Program-made: the position numbers and the translations under genes
The notes under the pieces: generated by a model
What the model was told of the DNA's origin: nothing
What the model saw: the letters and a program-made list of their open reading frames with translations, nothing else
Database searches by the model: none
Assembly: GCA_043819075.1 (NCBI GenBank)
Contig: JBDRFE010000022.1
Span: 1-30,022, forward strand
Origin: an archaeon
GTDB lineage: Archaea > Iainarchaeota > Iainarchaeia > Iainarchaeales > 1-14-0-10-31-34
Length of the DNA: 30,022 bases
Reading direction: 5' to 3'
Shown: positions 25,001 through 30,022 of the stretch, piece after piece
Layout: each line of letters opens with the position of its first letter
How positions within the stretch are numbered: position 1 is the first letter of the stretch

Positions 25001-26457
25001 TTTGAGTCAGCGCCTTCAAAGCCTCTTTTTTCTGCTCTGACAATATATTTTCCTTCTTTTAATCTGTCAAAAACTGCTTTTCCGTCAAAGCCTGTTACTT
25101 TTTCTTCTCCTGTAATGCTTCCACTAACAGCATCCTTCAAAAACACTTTAGTGTCTTCAACTGCTTCGCCTTTTTCATCTATTACTTTTACTTCAATGCT
25201 TTTCTTGTTTGTTGCAGTTGCTTCCTGTAAAACAAATTCGCTGAAACTAGCTGAAGGGCTTAAAGTTTTTGCATTAGAGTTAAGGTAATCTGCGTGGCTG
25301 ACTGTTACAGTGAAATCAATTGCTTCAGCCACATTAAATACTGCTTCTCCTGCTGTGTTTGTCCTCTGCTGGTTTATTTCAGTGTCATCCTTGAATAATT
25401 TTATTAAAGCGTTTTCAACCGGGTTTCCTGCCTCGTTTTTCACCCTGATTTTTATTTCCCCTATTACCCCTTTTTCCATTATTATTTCATTGAAGTTAAT
25501 GCTCTGGTTGTTGGAATTAACTGTAACTGTAGTTGTTTCTTCTCTTGAATCAAAGTCCTTGAATTCTCCTGAAGAATCTGTTGCCTTAATATAATATGAG
25601 CCAAAAGAAACTTCTGCAGAGCATTCCCCTGTAAAAGTCGTGCAATAATTTTCTGCTGAATAGTTTCCTACAGGAATAGCCATTGCTTTTATTCCATTCA
25701 AATAATTTCCTGTTTCATCTTTTACTGTAAAATAAATCGTCCCTTTTTGTGCTGAAGTTTCCTCTAAATAAATTTTTATTAATGTTGAATCCGAATCAAA
25801 GTCACAGTCCTGGCTGCAATCCAATCCGATTGGCGATGCAAGGATTTTCCCGCAGTTTGCCGGAACATCATTTAATTCAGTTTTTCCAGTGCTAAAAGAA
25901 ACTCTTTCGCTCCAAGAACTGTTTTCTGAACAGCTGAAAAGCACATCAATTTCTTCTGTTAACAAACTGTCTCCTTTTCCAAGCAATTGCACGCTTATCG
26001 GCTTAAGCAAATCAGACAATAAAGAAATGCTTCCTGTTTTAGATTTATTTGAATTAAATGTCTGGGTTGTTTTTTTGAAACCGTTTTTTTCTGCACTGAC
26101 ACTAAAATCTTTTCCTTCAGTTACTTTTAATACAGCCTTTCCTTTGCTGTCTGTTGTTAAAGTAATTGTTTCTTCTCCTGACAAAAAAGTTATTTTTGCG
26201 CTGTCAATTCCTGTTATACCATCTGTTACAGTTAATTCAAAATCTGTTTTTGATTCAAATATCCCCCCAGAGCTTAATGCAATGAATGCTCCTGAAAAAA
26301 TTAATAAAACAAGTATTACTGCTATCGGAAAAGATGGAATGTTTTTTGCTTCAAGAAAATCAATTGCTTTGTATACCGGGATTCCGCTTTTGTCAAGTGA
26401 ATCCATTAAACCATAATATTTTTCTTCAATTGACGAATAGATTTCCTTTAATCCCAT
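19009..26457 (-). CDS. Giant membrane-anchored surface protein 3 (2482 aa), paralogue with a Tyr/Asn-rich low-complexity insert
   Basis: Leader MGLKEIYSSIEEKYYGLMDSL...IPSF-TM, beta-sandwich repeats, motifs AGIHIRTG, AKWANI, KIKLDWNW, YCDSAQL and STPFDGKVG, and a 98-aa Y/N-rich tract at 22611-22318. Confidence 0.9.
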   Translation of the reverse strand: MGLKEIYSSIEEKYYGLMDSLDKSGIPVYKAIDFLEAKNIPSFPIAVILVLLIFSGAFIALSSGGIFESKTDFELTVTDGITGIDSAKITFLSGEETITLTTDSKGKAVLKVTEGKDFSVSAEKNGFKKTTQTFNSNKSKTGSISLLSDLLKPISVQLLGKGDSLLTEEIDVLFSCSENSSWSERVSFSTGKTELNDVPANCGKILASPIGLDCSQDCDFDSDSTLIKIYLEETSAQKGTIYFTVKDETGNYLNGIKAMAIPVGNYSAENYCTTFTGECSAEVSFGSYYIKATDSSGEFKDFDSREETTTVTVNSNNQSINFNEIIMEKGVIGEIKIRVKNEAGNPVENALIKLFKDDTEINQQRTNTAGEAVFNVAEAIDFTVTVSHADYLNSNAKTLSPSASFSEFVLQEATATNKKSIEVKVIDEKGEAVEDTKVFLKDAVSGSITGEEKVTGFDGKAVFDRLKEGKYIVRAEKRGFEGADSKIIEVKEKEPQKIEIRLNIGQGTLDVLVVDKEKQPIQSATIKVIDFFTGKEISADSTDIEGRKSFNIRADKKVYLEVSESSHSKYTTAPIQMFDGTEEKTISLEDSISSFGIKLEELSLDGREVENSSVTTGKTYKAKFKLMVPKGTASNNAGIHIRTGADTKNQNNTMEKDDLFIKSVSASNAKIVKGTTFNPPTGYGIDSKHLTSGSAKWANIILDSIKEGTYEIEAVIQIKDLLNGGPMELAYRAWIQEQGYQRDPYDEELQESESTTAKQALYAKTRHEPLSEGASSLCAENFCSSFRVKDLQNATTTNIIDSFPAEISSSYEMEFNIISINEKTFSGSELVIEGKGIELNSYEIQETQKNLGSEKKITFKTGSISKGDKISGKIVFTTKSEGTNRIDFSLFGETVNLGKEKILFKPIRAEVSQAKTMAITTVPKNLVPFIKNNLLVRITDEEGDELNEAEIKIRKNDLLIASGKTDSDGVFAYAFESMEPETVILIKAEKSGFNPVEKEIIIQKNVVAFTPTEIKETFNVKNEFKVTRDIILKNTTEMPLTVIAVDSTDSFKGLISVQVQDFTGKELLIGNEEQVLLTLGMTDKGKQVKEVTTVEGEIIIVFENLEAGKQWTASLPVKATIGLGGEVDSPDCFTLSPNSWTALTENTKKELKLVLVNSCKVDEENISLKDIKAKVVWKENAIGSIDLTSLIEGSNTIRLSDSYKIIADSFNPNSGEEENLSISFTPDDIALGSGTATIYIEAINPTESGDEKLTQKITVQTEISRLSQCIRIRPATNQLRISMNNYNYGYGNMQNYFGYNPSNTYYYGMNPNVLSANNSSYAFNSYPYDPTASAGSLRNNSNVVFPDGWTSQQYPSNYYNSMYTNPTGYSPTNNFTWNYGATGTGSIEIQNDCPTTVQIEIEGSAEISVSDSTIALPSGGNKTIEVTPTIFIGQYPLTIRAKHKDSSDSPKEIAKYNVLIESELERNYYDCISINKRVFEFNDLIQRPVEGIIWNTCYDLGIRLTQQSIPRDLSGTGNYGFPSPQDTGQKKLESSGVIKSIELIQLVNKPGNDGKIMQELKFRMRKNLDYYTLKGKSLPSSENPLIELANLRVKLTGLYYTVESEERLPVTFSDRTGMTQIIPFDIIIEDLWALSEQTIIDFGDPSISHQNCIDQKALQFDSCIPNELFRNNISQFIDSRKVIYKKDNKNPNGKYCGDTDTITQIINSKITDESGVVINFSIEDGDKIKVSVDKTNLTVNPGKISGTLQMRLSRVNPLETKTVTIPFSIELCKDVKPLTAEQKICKEDAEKEQKVEDIISDTGKDINIKIQELKIQIKSICAEITDEEIQAIIDSLLGETISDEVQACNSDAVTGKTALEKYGLDKIKLDWNWDNIAFNECDSGNTYCDSAQLAIELNKKAEKIDALQAKELAALCQGYCEIRNSKNLFRFLIDQTKIKDDITGTTQIFFIDSGYSVIAGKKFEGTKVNLDIKTIKDVLEFGLNAGNAKTITGEIDRIITAMQADSSIDEKAVLGEVDGTKITNKGKLEAIGADRIEGSADKYAITFNEYKEFRNRLKACADSDPNAISCEMNKIKGLGPVFIDLEFLRTLQQEIVFKTGVRNIEIVSEENRIKIMKEGKTRATALIGKTLEEFYNENIEFTSYLKEDGITADFKTDFKTEYTRENSFFEKWSFDKERLDSGKYKVFFDYDWDKKGENTKVSLTKQESLSEDFRQNYLFSTPFDGKVGVTDETKRTGYGTEYGADPTVKNIYLTEENGMELKTNSINSALKKLTNTEKTTTFEQAREGRILYISGDRMTFSPSKPIGLKAVLAGTAGAKGVFYDLIRGAAADNKIIGIKEEKDLSYLLEWNSIKDSQQKESGLKQGSTCSDTRFGIIFSSDAKTTQKTLSFVPADWAYTFQKHCNTGIEEMTGYNFDIKGKASETDLPDTTSFNSEVPAEIAKNTSIKKWIEEIETGTVCFVPSTSKFELQWNKEKLLNEMN

Positions 26458-26460
26458 GCG

Positions 26461-26530
26461 CTTCCCTTCCCCTGAAATTATGTTTAATAATAGTATTTTT
26501 TGTGTATTTAATTCTTTATATATCTTTGTG
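26461..26530 (-). promoter_or_regulatory. Candidate promoter (BRE/TATA) and purine-rich SD-like motif upstream of giant gene 3
   Basis: Minus strand CACAAAGA-TATATAAA (26530-26515) and GGGGAAGGGAAG just upstream of ATG 26457, within an 87-bp AT-rich spacer. Confidence 0.4.
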
Positions 26531-26544
26531 TAATTTGTTTTTTT

Positions 26545-28359
26545 TTAGAGTGTTTCACAGCCTCCTTGTGCTGCATTGCCTAGCCCGCCAAAACCTCCTC
26601 CCCCGGATATTGTGTTTTTGCATTCCCAGTCGTCTTCATGGAAATCATTTTGCACTGAAGTGCTTTTCATTGCACAAGTTGTTGAATCAACTTCAAATTT
26701 TTTTGCCTGATGAAATGCAGTGTTATCGCTTGCAGGAGTGAATTTGTTGTCGGTTAATTCAACCACAAAAACAGGCTGTTTTGTTTTGTTGATAATATAA
26801 TTTTTGTTTGTTTCTTTGAACGGAACTTTTACAATTATGTTTCCTACTTCAGAGCATGTTGCATATTCGTTGTCCCCTGTTGGCGGAAAACCAAGAAAGC
26901 TTGCTGCATCGCTTGTTTTTTGGACAATTTTGTTGTCTTCAATTGCAACCCCGTATGTTCCCCATAAGCTTGAGTTAGCCGAACTAGTCATTGCACAAGA
27001 AGAATTTCCTCCAAGGTTTTCGTTTGCCTTGTATGAACCGCTGAAACCATCTGGATGGTGTTCGTCAACAGAGCCTCCTGTGTTGTTAATTTTCACTGAA
27101 TTCCTTGTCACTGGATTAACTTCAATTGAAATAATTCCTTTTGTCTGTTGCCCTTCTTTTATTTCGCATAATCCGTTGCCCATGCTTCCAAGCATGAAGT
27201 CATCTGTTGAATTTGCATCCAAAAATCCTTGTTCTGAATTATGGTTTGCAATAAAACACAATCTTGTTGCAACAATTTTGCTTAAAGCTGTTTCCTGGCT
27301 TGCAAGAGTGAAATAAGTGTTTGGATTGTATGAAATTATTGTTTGCCCGTTTACTGAACAAATTCCTCTTTCAATTAAATCCTGAGTGCATTTAACTGGC
27401 CTGCTATAAGAGTTTCCTATATTAGGGCAGGCAAAATCCATGTTTTTTTTGTCAGGCGGAAGATATGGGTTGCTTCTTACATTACAGTAATTCGGGTCGC
27501 ACAATCCTAATTTCATTTCTTCTATTTCATTGTGGATTCTAGGCGAAAATAATCCATAATTGTCTTTCCATAAGCTGCCTTCTTCTTTGTTGTATTCTAA
27601 TGCAAGGCTTCTTGCCTCTGCTATTGCCTTGAATAACCTTACCGGAACATACAATTTTATGTTTCCTCTTGGAAAAATTGATTCCTGTAACACTCTTTGC
27701 GTCCTTGGATTATAAACTTTTATTTGCGGAAAAGATTCATATACTTCGTCGCTTAAATCCTCTGTTTTTAAGTTCAGGTAAAATGTTCCCAAGCAGTTTT
27801 CCGGGTCTCCGTTTTCACAGTCAACTACTTCAAAAAAGTTTCCTGCTTGAACGCTTTTTTCCAGCAGTTCTTTCACTGCATTTCTTGTGATTGTTCCTTT
27901 TTCTACTTCGTTTTCTCCTTTGAATTCAACTGAAATTTCGTATGCGCCGACAAATTTTTTTCCCGGCAGGGCGCTAAATAATGTAATTACAACCTGGTTT
28001 ACAAACTGGTCTCCTTTTGTTGTGTTTCCTGCAGTGTATGTTCCGAAAAATCTTTGGGCAAAATTTTCTTTTGTTTGTTCAAAAGAATACTCTTGTGGTG
28101 TAATCTGGATTGTGTTGTGTCTTTCAGTGTAATCAAAGAATTCCTCTATTTCTTTTCTTAAAGTGTAATTAAATGTCTGTAATGCTTCTGCTCTGGTTAA
28201 GTCTGCCATTGACTGCATTTCAGCTTGTTCTTCTATGTTTGAAATCACTTCAGTTCTGTCTCTTTCGGCTTTAATCATTGTCTGGACAATCATTGCACTC
28301 AATAAAATCAGGACAAAAGAAACTAGTGCGGTAAATAAAGTAAATCCTTTTCTGTCCAT
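26545..28359 (-). CDS. Large Cys-rich secreted protein with an archaeal class III (type IV prepilin-like) signal peptide; putative minor pilin or adhesin
   Basis: 604 aa. N-terminus MDRKG|FTLFTALVSFVLILLSAMIV followed by a long helical segment. 14 Cys, Gly-rich C-terminus, and an SD-like AAGTGA just upstream. Confidence 0.8.
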   Translation of the reverse strand: MDRKGFTLFTALVSFVLILLSAMIVQTMIKAERDRTEVISNIEEQAEMQSMADLTRAEALQTFNYTLRKEIEEFFDYTERHNTIQITPQEYSFEQTKENFAQRFFGTYTAGNTTKGDQFVNQVVITLFSALPGKKFVGAYEISVEFKGENEVEKGTITRNAVKELLEKSVQAGNFFEVVDCENGDPENCLGTFYLNLKTEDLSDEVYESFPQIKVYNPRTQRVLQESIFPRGNIKLYVPVRLFKAIAEARSLALEYNKEEGSLWKDNYGLFSPRIHNEIEEMKLGLCDPNYCNVRSNPYLPPDKKNMDFACPNIGNSYSRPVKCTQDLIERGICSVNGQTIISYNPNTYFTLASQETALSKIVATRLCFIANHNSEQGFLDANSTDDFMLGSMGNGLCEIKEGQQTKGIISIEVNPVTRNSVKINNTGGSVDEHHPDGFSGSYKANENLGGNSSCAMTSSANSSLWGTYGVAIEDNKIVQKTSDAASFLGFPPTGDNEYATCSEVGNIIVKVPFKETNKNYIINKTKQPVFVVELTDNKFTPASDNTAFHQAKKFEVDSTTCAMKSTSVQNDFHEDDWECKNTISGGGGFGGLGNAAQGGCETL

Positions 28360-28383
28360 TGTTTCACTTAAATTTTTTTTGTT

Positions 28384-30022
28384 TTAAGGTGTTGCTGCCT
28401 GAACCTTTTCCTGTGTTTCTTTTTCATTTAACTGTTTTTGCAGTTCCACTAGTTTTTCATCAAGCTTTAATGATTTTAATTCTCCAGTGCACGAATCGCT
28501 GTCAATTCTTTTTTCAAACGGAATGCTCTTTAATTCTTCACTGCCGACTTTAGAGTAAGAGTAAGTGAATTCTCCTTCGTTATTGCTTTTCCTTATTTTT
28601 GCTTCATAAGTAAAAGTTTTTTCAAAGTCTGTTGCGCTAATCTCTGCTTTTGGCATATCAATTTTTTCCGGGTCACCCATTATTGCGTTTGCCAGCATCC
28701 AGCCTAATCCTCCTCCGACTAATGACCCGCCTGTTCCTGCTAGCCCTGCGTACAATCTGCTTAGTTTTGGATGCTGTTCAAGGAAAGACAAAAACTTGTT
28801 TTTCTGGGAAATAGCGCCTTCAGCTTTAATTGCATCTTTTATTGTCTCTACAGTTAGCCCTTCTGTTTGAACTACTTTTTCTCCAGAACTTACTCCTTTT
28901 CTTGCAGTTTCTACGTAATCGTTTTTTAATTGTTTTAATGCTTTTCCTGCTTTTGAGTTTGGGTCTATTTTGCTGTCAATTGTTTCACTGAACTTGTTTA
29001 TTCTTTCACGTAGGCTTCCCTTTCCTTCAACTCCTGTTGTAACTATGTCATCAACAATAAATTGCGGATCAGTTGAAGTCCCTAAATTTGCCTTGAAAGT
29101 GTCATCCACAAGTTTTTTTGCGTTAACTGGATCTCCTGCAACATTTACTTTTTTTATTGCATTAACCAGTTTGTTATACGTTGAAGCAAAAGCATCATCT
29201 GTTCCTTCTGTTAATTTTTTTATCACTTTTTTTTCTTTTACAATTATGAATCTTGTTGGTTCCCTGTAACTTGTATCTATCCCGATGACCTGAACTTTTG
29301 TTCTTGTTATCGCACTTTTTGCGCTATTGTAACTCTCTATTTCGCTTCCAAGTGCGGTAATTTGCTTTTCAATGTCAGTTGTCCCAATTCTTTGCAGTTC
29401 TTTTGATGCTGCCGCAATCTGTTTCGCTTCTGCGCTTGAAGGCAGTAATATTTTTGCTGTTTCTTTTACCCCGGCAGTTAATGCAGTTAATTTTTCCAGC
29501 TGCCAGAATACTTCAGCGTCAGTCTGGCTTCCAGTTCCAGTGTCAACAATAAGTTTTTGTGTTTCTTCCTGCCCGATTCCGATTGATTTAAGCGAATTCT
29601 TGTAAGCTTCTTTTGCTGTATCATAAACTGATTGTTCGTCAGAGAAAGCAGCTATTCCAACTGGAATTGCAGCGTTTATAAGACAGTCAATTAATCCAAC
29701 ACCGCCTGCAAGTATTTTGCCTGAAGCCATGCAACCTCCGATTGAACCTAATCCATAGCCGACTAATCCAGCAATCTTTCTGTTGCTTAACTCTGACTGT
29801 CTTTTGTTTATTGGATTTTGCTCTGGATTTTTATCCCAGTAAGCCTGTTGGGCTACTCCAAAATACAGTTTTTCCGGGTTGCCGTCCCAGTTAACTGTAG
29901 CATAATATTCTCCTGGTTGTTTCTGGCTTTGGGCTCTTTCAATGAATTCAATTGGAGTAATAGAGCACAAGCCAAATATTAGTTCTCTTTCTTTTAAGCC
30001 AGTTGCAGTTAACTTGATTTTA
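28384..30022 (-). CDS. C-terminal part of a 5'-truncated protein with two glycine-zipper hydrophobic segments flanking a helical region
   Basis: The frame stays open past the TTG at 29970 to the window edge (KIKLTATGLKERELIFGLCSITP...). Segments IAGLVGYGLGSIGGCMASGKILAGGVGLIDCLINAAIPVGIAAF and LYAGLAGTGGSLVGGGLGWMLANAIMG. Confidence 0.8.
   Translation of the reverse strand, partial: KIKLTATGLKERELIFGLCSITPIEFIERAQSQKQPGEYYATVNWDGNPEKLYFGVAQQAYWDKNPEQNPINKRQSELSNRKIAGLVGYGLGSIGGCMASGKILAGGVGLIDCLINAAIPVGIAAFSDEQSVYDTAKEAYKNSLKSIGIGQEETQKLIVDTGTGSQTDAEVFWQLEKLTALTAGVKETAKILLPSSAEAKQIAAASKELQRIGTTDIEKQITALGSEIESYNSAKSAITRTKVQVIGIDTSYREPTRFIIVKEKKVIKKLTEGTDDAFASTYNKLVNAIKKVNVAGDPVNAKKLVDDTFKANLGTSTDPQFIVDDIVTTGVEGKGSLRERINKFSETIDSKIDPNSKAGKALKQLKNDYVETARKGVSSGEKVVQTEGLTVETIKDAIKAEGAISQKNKFLSFLEQHPKLSRLYAGLAGTGGSLVGGGLGWMLANAIMGDPEKIDMPKAEISATDFEKTFTYEAKIRKSNNEGEFTYSYSKVGSEELKSIPFEKRIDSDSCTGELKSLKLDEKLVELQKQLNEKETQEKVQAATP

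Noticed and set aside
3977..26457. Giant proteins as peptidases, canonical S-layer proteins, or intein-containing/RHS toxins
   Set aside because: The carboxypeptidase-regulatory-like repeats are non-catalytic beta-sandwiches. I recognised no protease active-site, intein, YD/RHS or RTX motifs and no C-terminal PGF/TM anchor. An S-layer-related role is not excluded but is unsupported.
38..29605. Dozens of plus-strand ORFs of 60-245 aa overlapping the long minus-strand genes (e.g. 230-739, 6975-7712, 15835-16440, 20165-20800), plus minus-strand ORFs inside the plus-strand genes (1610-1813, 11235-11612, 11622-12188)
   Set aside because: These are antisense shadow frames. Their S/F/I/L-rich composition is what the reverse complement of K/E-rich coding sequence gives, and they show no motifs or independent expression signals.
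29968..29970. TTG at 29970 as the start of the last gene
   Set aside because: The frame is open to the window end with plausible coding sequence, so the gene is truncated by the window.
1..30022. CRISPR arrays, tRNA/rRNA genes, IS elements, DGR template/variable repeats, provirus
   Set aside because: Intergenic spaces are all under about 130 bp. By eye I saw no nucleotide-level direct repeats and no transposase, integrase, reverse transcriptase or virion genes. A self dot-plot and tRNAscan would confirm this.

Overview
AT-rich archaeal DNA. The evidence is TATA-box promoters, probable leaderless starts, GGTGA-type SD motifs and a class III (pilin-type) signal peptide. The gene style suggests a DPANN archaeon, possibly Iainarchaeota/Micrarchaeota-like, but this is inference only. 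Nearly the whole window is one co-oriented minus-strand cell-envelope locus. In order of transcription it encodes: a 5'-truncated protein with two glycine-zipper hydrophobic segments; a 604-aa Cys-rich protein with a class III signal peptide; three paralogous giant (2.2-2.5 kaa) membrane-anchored beta-sandwich proteins; a translationally coupled cassette of five small membrane proteins, three of them paralogous hairpins; and a HerA/VirB4/FtsK-fold protein with degenerate Walker A and B motifs. The three giants share an N-terminal leader, the same stalk layout and conserved C-terminal motifs, but carry different inserts: hydrophobic hairpins in two and a Y/N-rich prion-like tract in the third. 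Two plus-strand genes interrupt the locus: an acidic coiled-coil protein and a TrmB/KamB-like SAM methyltransferase fused to a basic N-terminal region with a hydrophobic segment. The locus is a candidate undescribed host-attachment, membrane-penetration or secretion apparatus. I saw no rRNA, tRNA, CRISPR array or mobile element.
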